Shown here: positions 40,269-53,191 of the stretch, piece after piece
How the letters are laid out: each line of letters starts with the position of its first letter
Position numbering within the stretch: position 1 is the first letter of the stretch
Source: Octopus sinensis
Taxonomy: Eukaryota
Direction: 5' to 3'
DNA length: 64,000 bases
Assembly: GCF_006345805.1 (NCBI RefSeq)
Contig: NC_043002.1
Coordinates: forward strand, 34,162,001-34,226,000
Translations under genes and position numbers: made by a program
The notes under the pieces: generated by a model
What the model was told of the DNA's origin: nothing
Seen by the model: only the letters and a program-made list of their open reading frames with translations
Database searches by the model: none

Positions 40269-40615
40269 CAATGTACGTCGGTTCTGACGACGAGGGTTCC
40301 AGTTGATCCGATCAACGGAACAGCCTTCACGTGAAACTAACGTGCAAGTGGCCGAGCACTCCACAGACACGCGTACTTTTAACGTAGTTCACGGGAAGAT
40401 TTGCCGTCATACAGAATGTGACTAGGCGGACCCTTTGAATTACAGGTAAAACTTATTTTGCTAGCTCTGAGTAGTCTGGAGCAACAAGAAATAAAATGTC
40501 ATACTCAAGGAAGCAACGTACCACTAGGAACCGAACTCACAATTATTACATCGTGAACCGAATACCCTAACCACTGATTTCTGTTTCTATCTACTGATCT
40601 CGCTCTCTCTCTCTT

Positions 40616-40647
<32 letters not shown>

Positions 40648-40681
40648 CTTATCTATCAATCTATCTTTCCCTCCCTCTCTC

Positions 40682-40736
40682 TTGATATCTATCTATCTAT
40701 CTATCTCTACCTATCTATCTATCTATCCATCCATAC

Positions 40737-40807
<71 letters not shown>

Positions 40808-40836
40808 CATCCATCCATCCATCCATCCATCCATCC

Positions 40837-40879
<43 letters not shown>

Positions 40880-40988
40880 CATCCATCCATCCATCCATCC
40901 ATCTATCTATCTATCTATCCATCCATCCATCCATCCATCTATCTATCTATCTATCCATCCATCCATCCATCCATCCATCCATCCATTC

Positions 40989-41033
<45 letters not shown>

Positions 41034-41040
41034 GCTATCT
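40682..41040. repeat. Compound (TCTA)/(TCCA) microsatellite
   Basis: Directly visible. Confidence 0.95.
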
Positions 41041-41363
41041 ATTTATCTCTGTGCATTCCGATATATGTTTACGTATCCTTTCGTCAAACTCCTCTCTACG
41101 CTTTCATCTCCTCCTCCTCCTCCTCCTCTCCGTCATGTCCACCATCTTTGTTCCCAGTTCTATAGTCATCATTCATTCTAGACATTTACGTTTGCCGTTC
41201 GTAGAGATCTCGGCAAAGTGATTGGTTGACTGCTGATGGTGATGGGCGTGGTCATCTCTGGATGCAGTGAACCTCAAAGTGCGATATATATGCAGACAAT
41301 CTCCTCTCTCCTCTCTCCTCTGTTTCTCTCTCTCTCTTTCTCTCTCTTTTGCTCTCCTCCTCT

Positions 41364-41421
<58 letters not shown>

Positions 41422-41687
41422 AACATATATGTATGTATAGAGTGATAAACAGACAGTCAGACAGTCATACAGATAGATAGACAGACAGATAGACAGACAG
41501 ACAGCCAGACAGATAGATAGATAGATAAATGGCTAAATCGACGGGGAGAGAGGCAAACAGACAGACAGAGTGACATACAGGTAGACAAATCAGTGGAGAT
41601 TGAAATTACTAACCCAACTGTAACCGAAAGTGGTTTTCTACTCCTCCAAATGTACATGCATATATATACTTACGTACATACACACAA

Positions 41688-41744
<57 letters not shown>

Positions 41745-41911
41745 TACACGCACACATACACGCACACATACATACATACATACATACATGCATACATACA
41801 TACATATTTACATACACAAATATAGACGAATTTGAGCTCTTTTAATGGTGAGCATATAATTATATTGTTGATGAGCACATCATAATGATAATGTTCATAT
41901 TACGATGATGA

Positions 41912-41949
<38 letters not shown>

Positions 41950-42045
41950 CGACGATGATGAGGATGAGGAGGAGGAGGAGGGGGAGGAGAAGAATGTGAT
42001 TATTATAATGACGCTGTGCAGATGAAAATAACAACATAATATAAA

Positions 42046-42192
42046 ATGCAGGAGTGGCTGTGTGGTAAGTAGGTTGTTTAGCAAGCACATGGTTCCGGAT
42101 TCAGTCCTTGGGCAAATGTCTTCTACTATCGCTTCGGGCCGACCAAAGCCTTGTGAGTGGATTTGGCAGACAGAAACTGAAGGAAGCCCGTC

Positions 42193-42226
<34 letters not shown>

Positions 42227-42261
42227 CCACACATATTTACATATATACATACATATATTAC

Positions 42262-42310
<49 letters not shown>

Positions 42311-42943
42311 TATTAAGGTATGTAGAAAAATACAACATGGACAAGAACGTATAACTCTTAGAAGACGACACAATAAACACGGACAGGACACTCGAAACCC
42401 TCAGTCTTCAGTCAAGAACCGGATCATCGTAGTAATTTCGGCTGATTAATCTTGAGATTACTAGATCACGGCCAGCCCTCCAAGAAAAACTAAGCAACGA
42501 GCATTAGAAAAACTAAGCTGGAAGCGTAGATTTCCTGGAAGAAGGATCGAATGCATATATATATATATATATATAACGGGAAGGTTTATGAAAATAAACA
42601 AAAGACGAAGGCAGGTGGAGTACAAACAAATAATGTATTAGTATGGCGCTCAGGAATAGAAATAAAACAAGTCTTTTACGTTTCGAGCCTACGCTCTTCG
42701 ACAGAAAGATACGCAGAAAAGAAACAAGGAGAGAAACAAGGAGAGAGAAAAAAATTGCGTGTATGGGCTAACGATTCAACATGGCGTTCTGATTTCAAAA
42801 GTCAGAGATCGGAGGTCAAACGTTAGAGGTCAGACGTTAGACACTAGAGGGATAGTAGCGGAGATAACAGGGTCAAGTGACCTCGCTCCAACCTGAAGGT
42901 GCGTGTGTGCATAAGAGAGTATGTATGTGCATGTGGAAGAGGG

Positions 42944-42974
<31 letters not shown>

Positions 42975-42975
42975 C

Positions 42976-43052
<77 letters not shown>

Positions 43053-43231
43053 TAGATTCAGATGAATATGGTACTTATGTAGGAGGCACCAGAATTTAGT
43101 ATGGTATTATCCATATAATTCAAAATGGGGGATTATAATCAAAATAAGCAACAAGGATATCCAGAAGTAATGCATTACCTCTGGATATCCTTGTTGCTTA
43201 TTTGATATTTATATATATATATTCATATATA

Positions 43232-43299
<68 letters not shown>

Positions 43300-43325
43300 A
43301 TATATCAATATATATAAATATCAAA

Positions 43326-43361
<36 letters not shown>

Positions 43362-43548
43362 CATATGTGTGGTGTGTGTTTATCTCTCACCATCGTTTGA
43401 CAATCGATGTTGTTGAGGTGTTTACGTCTCCATAACCTAGCGGTTCGGCAAACAAGACCGATAGAAAAAGTACTAGACTTACAAAGAATAAGTCCTGGGG
43501 TCGATTGGTTCGACTAAAGTCAAATGACTGAAACAAATAAAAGAATAA
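42046..43548 (+). mobile_element. SINE family A split by about 1.1 kb of nested insertions in its internal microsatellite
   Basis: Head at 42046-42195, 3' half at about 43365-43548. Between them are PLE-terminus-like pieces (42315-42550, 42570-42790 with a hammerhead variant) and a 62-bp palindrome. Confidence 0.75.
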
Positions 43549-44158
43549 TAACAATGTTGGTGGTACTGTAATGATTTTGATAAACCTATTGACTGACTGC
43601 ATAATAGCGTCCGACATCCAATGCTTCGGGCTTACTGCAGCTGATATACATCAACTTCTGTCCATCATCGTGGACAACACCTACTTCTCTTTCCAGGACC
43701 ACATATACAAGCAGACAACAGGTCTCCCCATAGGATCCAGTCTCTCGGGCCTACAAGCCATCACTTATATGAACCATCTGGAACGTCGAGCACTCAACAT
43801 CTGCCGCTCATGCGCCTACTTCACCAGATACGTAGATGACATCCTCCCGTGAAGAGGCTATCAAAATATTCACGGCCTTCAATAACGTGGACATGAACAT
43901 AAAGTTCACTATAGAACATCCCAACATCACTGAATCACTATCACTACCTGACTTCCAACTGAATATAACGGAAGGAGGGGAAATCCACACCGAGTTCTAC
44001 AGGAAAGCAGCCAGTAGAGATATGTTTGTCCAGAACAATTCGGCATTTCCACTCGGTGCCAAAATAGGATACGCCAGAAATGAACTTGCACGCATCCAGG
44101 GCAAGTGCAGCAGAATAGAGGACAAGGTGACCCACACTACATGCTTCCTAGATATACT

Positions 44159-44486
44159 TACTTCTTTACTGCTAGATATACTTACTTCTTTACTGCCGAA
44201 CAAGGACAGACAAAGGGATTAAGTCGATTATATCGACCCTAGTGCGTAACTGGTACTTAATTTATCGACCCCGAAAGGATGAAAGGCAAAGTCGACCTCG
44301 GCAGAATTTGAACTCTGAACGTAGCACCAGAGGAAATACTGCTAAGCATTTCGCCCGGCGTGCTAACGTTTCTGCCAGCTCGCCGCTTTAGACCAGCTCG
44401 CCGCCTTAGACCAGCTCGCCGCCTTAGACCAGCTCGCCGCCTTAGACCAGCTCGCCGCCTTAGACCAGCTCGCCGCCTTCGATATA
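44159..44486 (-). mobile_element. SINE family B inserted in the PLE, with a 15-bp TSD and an 18-bp head stutter
   Basis: TSD CTTCCTAGATATACT at 44144-44158 / 44487-44501; CCAGCTCGCCGC six times at 18-bp spacing. Confidence 0.85.
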
Positions 44487-45361
44487 CTTCCTAGATATAC
44501 TGAAAACCAACGGGTACTCCAGATCCATTGTAAATGGGCTTAAGGACCCAAGACGACCAACACGCCGAACACATAGAAAACCCAGCAACACATACTTCCT
44601 TAAAATACCCCATTTTAGCGAGAGGATAACTACGGCCATCCGCCATAAGCCATAAGAAGAGAAGGACTAGACATACAACTAGCCCACTCCGGCCCCTCTC
44701 TGAGAAGACACCTCGCAAAGAAACGAGCAAGGGACAACAATCAATGCACACTAACAAACTATCCCATCCGTGACACAGATTTATGCCAACGGGTAAATAT
44801 TGTGTGTAGAACACAATGTAACAAATGCAACAAGTTCTATGTGGGTAGCACAGCAAGACCGTTATACGTCCGCATCAAAGAACATCTGAACACGAGAGCC
44901 TCCTCCTTCAGGAAACATCTAGGCAGATGCCGGAACACTGACAAAAGCATAAGTCACAATTGAGGCCAATGAAATAAATTTGGTTAATTTAAGAGTTAAG
45001 GAAGCTATACTCATACACAGACTAGGGCCCCAAATTAACAATAGGCTGGAGGTTGGTAATCAATATATTATTTAGCTACATCTGGATGCATATAGGTTCA
45101 TTTTTGATAACATGCTCATGTATTGTTTATAACAAACAAAAATGAGAAGAAAAGAGAGGGGGGTGAAAGGGAAGCTGCACGTATGATTCAGAAGCAGCGC
45201 TACTAATGTGCCAGCACACACGAGATTGAGACATGGTCAACCTCACGCACTTCTCATGAGGAATTCCGAAAGGAGCTTCGTGAAACCACTGTTGAGACGC
45301 TTCCGAAAAAAGAAAAAGCCATTGGAAAACCGATTATAGCAGCGACTCCATCAATTCCTAG

Positions 45362-45408
45362 GGATATCTGAAGAAGGAATTTTTATTCCGAAATATCATA
45401 TCAGACTC
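45362..45408 (+). ncRNA. Hammerhead motif at the 3' end of a Penelope-like element
   Basis: CUGAAGA-A-GGAAT(TTTT)ATTCC-GAAA-TATCATA-UC. Core intact, helix III ATAT-C-ATAT, helix I decayed. Confidence 0.65.
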
Positions 45409-45409
45409 T

Positions 45410-45630
45410 CTTTCTCTTTCTCTTTTACTTGTTTCAGTCATTTGTCTGCGGCCATGCTGGAGCACCGCCTTTAATCGAGCAACTCGACCCCGGGACTTAT
45501 TATTTTATAAGCCCAGTACTTATTCTATCGGTCTCTTTTGTCGAACCGCTAAGTAACGGTGACATAAACACACCAGCATCGGTTGCCAAGCAATGCTAGG
45601 GGGACAAACACAGACACACAATCACACACA

Positions 45631-45674
<44 letters not shown>

Positions 45675-45840
45675 TACGACAGGCTTCTTTCAGTTTCCGT
45701 CTACCAAATCCACTCACAAGGCTTTGGTCGGCCCGAGGCTATAGTAGAAGACACTTGCCCAAGGTGCCACGCAGTGGGACTGAACCCGGAACCATGTGGT
45801 TGGTAAACAAGCTACTTACCACACAGCCACTCCTGCGCCT
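45410..45840 (-). mobile_element. SINE family A (young, full length)
   Basis: Close match to the other copies; another copy at about 46510-46870 (-) and a 3' half at 62510-62730 (+). Confidence 0.9.
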
Positions 45841-46897
45841 GGATGTTATTACAGTCTATTGTTTGTATTATAGTCCATTGTTGTGTCATTCAAAACATTT
45901 TATTCTTATATATATATATATTGGGGTTGTCCGGTAAATTTATTCGTTTGTCCCCCCCACACACACACACTTATTGTAATCCTTAGTTTTCAACAATTTT
46001 AACAAATCAGTAAATAACATATTCTTCATTCTTGATGACTTCTTGTCAACGTTCCGATTGCTTGTCCGATAGCCTTGGCGTTAAAAATACCGGTTCTTGA
46101 TTCGAAGAATTCAACGATCCACGTTTCCACCACAACGAATAAATTTATCTGACAGCCCAATACATTTTCTCTCTCTCTCTCACTCTCTCTCTCTCTACCT
46201 CTCTCTCCCTCTCTCTCTCCCACTCTCTTCTCTATTCAGTTAATTGTTTCCTGACAGTTCCCTCATTAAATTTTTCTACGCGATGTGTTTGATTGATCCG
46301 AGTCAGAAAATACATTCACAAGATGCCGCACAGTGTGATCGAACCAGGAAGCACGTAGTTGCAAAACGAGCTTTTTAAATACATCGTCGTGTCTGTCACA
46401 GTAAGTATATAATGGTGTACATTTGATGAAAATGTTTCTATGTATGTGTGTGCATGTACACATTAATGTTAAATATTTATATACAGTATATATTGTCTAT
46501 TTGTGTATACTCTTTTACTTGTTTCAAACTACGGCCATGCTGAAGCAACGCCTTTAGTCGAACAAATCGACCCCAGGACTTATTCTTTTTAAGCGTAGTA
46601 CTTATTCTATCGGCTTATTTTGCCGGACCGCCAAGTTTGCCGAACACCGATTGTCAAGCGATTGTGAGGGGATAAACACAGAAACACAAACACACATATA
46701 AATATATACTACGGGCTTCTTTCAGTTTCCGTCTACTAAATCCACTCACAAGGCTTTGGTCGGCCCGAGGCTACAGCAGAAGACACTTGCCCAAGTTGTT
46801 ACACAGTAGAACTGAACCCGGAACCATGTGGTTGGGAAGCAATCTTCTTACCACAAAGCCACTCCTACATCTCTCTCTCTCTTTCTCTCTCTCTCTC

Positions 46898-47007
<110 letters not shown>

Positions 47008-47289
47008 ATATATATGTTCTAATGCTTATGTATGCTAGTGTACACTAACGTTAAATAATTATATAGTGTATATGTTCGTGTGTATGTATGTGTAGGTGTT
47101 TATATACATCAATGTTGTGCATTAACCGAACTACTGTGATAAATAGATTCAATGTCTCACTTTACATCAAGAGAAGTATCCATCAATAGGTTAACAATAT
47201 GGCTGATATTTTATGAATTAAGTTTAATGAATTGTTAGGCAGAAAAACATACCATATCAGTCTACCATATTGGATGTCGTATTTTTCTC

Positions 47290-47895
47290 TACTCTAGGCA
47301 CAAGGCCTGAAATTTGGGGGGGGGGGGCAATCAATTAGACTGACCCTAGCACGCAACTGGTACTTATTTTATCGACCACCGAAAGGATGAATGGCATAGC
47401 CGACCTCGGCGGAATTTGAACTCAGAACATAAAGACAGACGAAATACCGCTAAGCTTTTTCGGCGTGCTAACGTTTCTTATTTCTTTATTGCCCACAAGG
47501 GGCTAAACATAGAGGAGACAAACAAGGACAGACAAACGGATTAAGTCGATTACATCGACCCAGGGCGTAACTGGTACTTATTTAATCGACCCCGAAAGGA
47601 TGAAAGACAAAGTCGACCTCAGTGGAATTTGAACTCAGAACGTAGCGGCAGACAAAATACCTATTTCTTTACTACCCACAAGGGGCTAAACACAGAGGGG
47701 ACAAACAAGGACAGACAAACGGATTAAGTCGATTATATCGAGCCCATTGCGTAACTGGTACTTAATTAATCGACCCCGAAAGGATGAAAGGCAAAGTCGA
47801 CCTCGGCGGATTTTGAACTCAGAACGTAGCGGCAGACGAACTACCGCAAATCATTTCGCCCGGCGTGCTAACGAATCTGCCAGCTCGCCGCTTTT
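47290..47895 (-). mobile_element. Three tandem SINE family B copies
   Basis: Central block repeated at about 47370, 47585 and 47770; only the last copy has a complete head. A similar cluster lies at 63250-63880. Confidence 0.85.
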
Positions 47896-48119
47896 ACGTT
47901 AGATTTTATATTAATGATATGAATATTGATCAGGCGTGTTGTCAGCTTAACTAATAGTATTAAATTATATTTGAACAGCGTTATCGATTAATACAGCTGT
48001 CGATCTGATTCGAATGTTATTATTGTTGTTGTTGTTGTTGTTGTCACACATTTTAGTGCTCCTGAAATTGTTTGAAATTTTGTTGTCACAAGTTGTTGAA
48101 CTTCTGTTTTTATTGTTTA

Positions 48120-50280
48120 ATTGTTGCAAGCTAGCTGGTCGCCTAAGGAGCTAGTTTTTGTGGAAAATGGCTCTCTTCTGGAGGCTAAATACCCATTTTT
48201 CCGAAAATTTTCCCTGAAAATTTTCGAAAAATAAAAAGAAAAGTAACAATAGCGACTGGGCAAGGGAGTGAGATCGAGAGGTTGAACAGCGAGTTCAACG
48301 AGGACTTCCCCAACCTCACCACTATTATTCCTGAAGGAGAAAGAGGGAGAGAGGAAAGAAGAAAGAAAGAATGACACTGACACCACTGCCACAATCACCA
48401 CCACCACAAACACGACCAGCAACAAAACTAGAGGCACTGGTTTCGCCTCGACCGCGCAGCAAACTAAAGAAATAATAAATTTAACAATTAATAAAAAAAA
48501 AAGTGCAAAAAGGTTGTGAAGGAATTTTAAATATAAATACAGAATTTTAAATATATTGAAGGAAAGGGTAGAACGAGTCATCCAATAACAGTTGGAAATG
48601 GCCCTGAAAACAGTTTGGACCAACAAAACGTATGCGACAATTAGAAAGCGTTTCGGCATTGCGGAAGTGCGTTTTTCAACGGAGCAGGACGTAAGGCAGC
48701 ATTCCACTGTGCCCCTAAAAACGGAGGGATTGCTGCTCGTACCGACGTCAAAAAAATTAAAATTGGGGAGGTGCCCCCTGAAATAAATATATCTTGGCTG
48801 GTGGTGGCTGTCCTCTTTGATATAGAGGACACCGTCACAATACTGGAGGTGCACCAACAAAATTAGTCGGGTCAGGGTATGGAGTTCCTTGTTCAAATTG
48901 AACAAGAGAGCATAAATTCCATCCCCGATCCACAAAGTGCACGTTGCTGTGGAGGACAGAAGGCCAAGACGCTACTTTTGTGGTGACCAAGGCCACTTCA
49001 GGGTCCTCTGCCCTAAGAAGGAAAGGCGACTGGCCCTTCTGCCGACACCAGAATCGAGGGACCTCCAGTGCAGCAGCAGTAACAACAGCTGCAACAACAA
49101 CAGCAGCAGATACCAGTGGTCACTCAAACACCGACACCATCATCATCAGCAGCAACAGAAACAGCGACGCCGCCTCCAGCCGTCGCCAAGACACCACCAA
49201 CAACAAAGACACCAGCCAGAATACCACCACCAACAGCCGGAGTGCCACCACTACCAGTAGCAGTAACACCACCACCAACAGCTACTGCAGCAGTAGCAAC
49301 AGCAACAAATGAACCCCAACAAAACCAAGACCCAGAGAAAATTCCCCTTCCCGACCCATACAACTCGGACTGTTCGAATACTGAGGTCGAGAAGGGAGAG
49401 TGGCACAAAAAAAAAAGAAAGAAAAAGTCTAAAGAAACAATAGAGGAAAAAAAGAAGAGGCGCAAAGAAGCAGAACACACACACACACAACACCACCTCC
49501 ACCAGCACTACCACCTCAAACACCAACATAATGTACAACACAAACGGACTCCAAAACACCATCAACCTCACAGCCATCAACACAGACGGCATACACTTAA
49601 TAACATATCTACGTGACAATACAACTACCACGTTAGGAGACTTTGTCTTCTCAACTCACAATGCACCACCGTCACACATACAAATTGCAAAACTCACCAA
49701 AACCATATATACCACATTGAAAAGAAACTTTCCAAATTACCTTCTCAAAAAGACTTTTTAAAAACCTCGTAGAAAACCCCACGCCAAAGACAAAGGGGGC
49801 CATCCTGCCAGACAACAATGGTAAGTTGATCTCTTCTACGTCCTAAATATTTATTTTTAGCTTGGTGATGCTCAGAATAGGTTGCATAATATCAGGGTCG
49901 CCTTGGAAACAAGGTCACCCTTTAAATGGTCTGAGGTCCCTTAGTGTAGACGTAGCAGCCGTTAGTGAATCCAGACTATCCGACTATCCGACCCACGGGA
50001 CCTCATCACCCTTTTTGGATGGATACGAGATTTTTTATTCCGTGTCGGCCGGGTGGGGGCGGCGGTTACGGTGGTGCTTTTCTGGAAAGGTCTGGATTTG
50101 AAAATAAAGGCAGTCTTCCTGGATCCAGAAGGTAAGTCGGTGGTCCTAGATGTGAAGGCGTTGCTTTCAGACTGGTGGCTACCTATGCTCCGACAGGGGC
50201 AGGGCGGTCCAATTACTTCAAGCGTCTGGAGGTTTCCCTGGGAACGTCTCGGACTTTAACATAGTCAGAACGTTGGCTGA
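48120..50280 (+). mobile_element. 5' portion of an L1/Tx1-type LINE (ORF1 with zinc knuckle, start of APE)
   Basis: (R)YFCGDQGHFRVLC is a CCHC knuckle with the first C mutated; the ORF2 start LRIGCI...LRSLSVDVAAVSESRL is an APE N-terminus; frameshifted and 3'-truncated. Confidence 0.7.
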
Positions 50281-50721
50281 TTATATATATATATATTTTT
50301 TTATTTATTTTCATCTTATTTATATCTTTAGCGCTTTCTTCCATTATCCATTCTTTAATGAACACAAAAGAGCAAGCACTGAAAATGCAATTATAATTTT
50401 AACTGAAAATAATAAAAAACAACATCTGGTTTTTCAATTAAAATCTTGATCAATTCAAATACAAAAGAATTTTTCCTTTCTCTTCTTTTTCTTCCCCCAC
50501 CTTAAAAGGCCACTAAGTACAAAACAAACAAGTCTGATCATACAAAGGCCACGCCTCTTTATTTCCCCCTCCTTCTCAAAACATTCTTTTCTTTTTTCTT
50601 GCCCCTTGCTTGGCAAACCCCAGAAAATTCTTTATGAAAAGCTCAAGAAATCTAAATTTGAACCGTTTTTTGATAAATCCGACAACGGAAATCATCCAAC
50701 ATTCTGACTACCTTATTATTC

Positions 50722-50858
<137 letters not shown>

Positions 50859-50929
50859 TGTAACAGAAAAGGAGGAATTTCGATTATCTCTCCGTGGTGA
50901 GTTGTAATATATATCAGAAATTAAAGAAG

Positions 50930-51196
50930 GAAAATGCATACACTTTACTTAGTTTTAATATAATTTTTAATATATCTTGTATTGTATTTGTCGACCGGTT
51001 TCGCTTTCGCTATTCATGACATTAAAATTTATTTAAATGTCTATTTTCTTAAAGAGATTTTTTTCCCCACGTTGTGCGTGAAGTTTACGAATGAATGATT
51101 CAACAAGTAGAAGAATTTAAGGGGAGGTGATTGGTTATCGTTATTATTGTGCGCAGAGGAAATAATTGTTCATCCTTCGGTAATGGGAGTGGGGAA

Positions 51197-51235
<39 letters not shown>

Positions 51236-52817
51236 TTATAATATATAATATATATATTATATATATATATATATATATTATATGCACAGAAATTAAAAAA
51301 CTAGAATAGTGAGGAAAAATATGTAGTGATGGGTATGTAATCGTGAATTAAAATATGTTTTATGTCTAATTTCTTGGCACGCTTAATTCCATCGTCAACA
51401 ATATCCAAAAATGAAAGCTGTTCTTTGTTATATTCCATTGTGAATTGAATGTTACTATTTATATCGTTTAGAGTTGATTTAAAGTCCGAAAGTTTATCAA
51501 TGGTCTCCTTCCAAATGATAAAAAAGTCATCCAGGTATCTTTTCTTGCTTTCTCTTGTGTAATGGTGAAATGGATAACCATATTTTTGAAGTGACACTGC
51601 ATATATGGTGAATTGAAAATAACCCATTATCAGATTTTTTACGGTAACAGGTATCATCAAATAGGAAATAATTGTTCTGAAGTATAAATTTTAAAGATTC
51701 GATTTATGCGATCCGGGAGTACTTCGGGGTACTTTTCCAACCAGAATTTGATTGCTTTTATTCCATAGTCATGTGGGATGGTGGTGTAAATATTGATAAC
51801 ATCGAAGGAAACCAATAATGTCTCAAAGTCAACAACTAAATTATAACTGACATCTATCATAAACCAACGGACTCGAAACAATATCACCTCTTTAGCTCAT
51901 GCCACCTGAAACACATCAAAATACATATGCCCTTTAATTTGGCAAAAAGGATTTGCACAATAGTGTCCGATAGAACTACCCGGGACCTTCGTGTTCAAGA
52001 CCTCAAAACAACACTAACTGAAAGACAATATCCACCCTCACTTATAGACGATGGAATTAAGCGTGCCAAGAAATTAGACATAAAAACAATAAGGGCAACA
52101 AAACCTAACACCAAACTTCATCTCAAAGCATTACTGAATATATCAATCTTCAACCCTAGAAACGATGAGGCATACAACACTATTGTGCAAAATTTCCCTT
52201 TAGAGATCCCAAAACGGACAACATCCTGAAAGCGCATAAACGCATCAAATGCAAAAAGCAACATAAATCGCTAAAGAGACTTCTAACAAATGCGAAGTTT
52301 TACACAACAACCACGAAACAAACGGTTAAAAAATATGGACGCCCAAAATTTGGAACATGCCCCAACCTACTTGAAGGTTCGGATTTCCTTTTCAAACAAC
52401 GAGCGAGGTTCACAATTAAAACCAACTTCACTTGTGCCTCTGAGAACCTAATCTATGTAATAACATGCTCGGGTTGTGGACATCACTATACAGGACAGGC
52501 GAGTATGACATTGGGACGGAGAACCACTCTACATAAAGAGCAGATCCGGTTCCCGCAATACAGACAAATTCCTTTAAGTAAACACACAGAGAAATGTGCA
52601 AGTAACATCAAACCAAATTTCACAGTTTTCTCCCCTCTAACAGTGCAAAGATATAATTTCTTTACAAGAATGTTTAAATAAAGAAACTTTTTTCATCGAA
52701 AAATACAGTACACGTCTAAATATGCACGCATAACCAACTTTGATCTCTTTACATATTTTAATTCACGATTACATACCCATCACTGCATATTTCTCCTCAC
52801 TACTCTGGTTTTTAAGT

Positions 52818-52853
<36 letters not shown>

Positions 52854-53101
52854 CCCACCCCCATTACCGAAAGCTGAATAATTATCTCTCCTGCGTACAA
52901 TAATAACGATAACCAATACCCTCCACTTAAATTCTTTTGCTTGTTCTATCATTCATTCTTAAATTTCATGTATAACATGGACAAAAAATTCTTCTTAAGA
53001 AAATACGTATTTAAATATCAATGCTATGACTAGCGAAAGCGAAACGGTCGACAAACAATGCAAGATATATGAAAAATTATATTAACCTAGTAAACGTGTG
53101 C

Positions 53102-53103
<2 letters not shown>
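50930..53103. mobile_element. Penelope-like element with internal inversion and inverted pLTRs
   Basis: Minus arm: LLVSFDVINIYTTIPH and KRYLDDFFIIW (RT). Plus arm: MPFNLAKRICTIVSD and NLIYVITCSGCGHHYTGQ (GIY-YIG). Inverted terminal repeats at about 50930-51360 / 52752-53103. Confidence 0.88.

Positions 53104-53187
<84 letters not shown>

Positions 53188-53191
<4 letters not shown>

Larger units (their letters stand above)
43571..45410 (+). mobile_element. Penelope-like element remnant (RT + GIY-YIG + 3' hammerhead)
   Basis: KQTTGLPIGSSLSG and RYVDDI (PLE RT); CNKCNKFYVGSTARPLYVRIKEHL (GIY-YIG); frameshifts; hammerhead at 45362-45408. Confidence 0.9.

Noticed and set aside
44375-44480. Regular repeat array resembling CRISPR
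   Set aside because: Contiguous identical 18-mers without unique spacers, in eukaryotic DNA with no cas genes.
48117-48935. 272-aa minus-strand ORF
   Set aside because: Antisense shadow of the L1/Tx1 ORF1 region; no recognisable domain.
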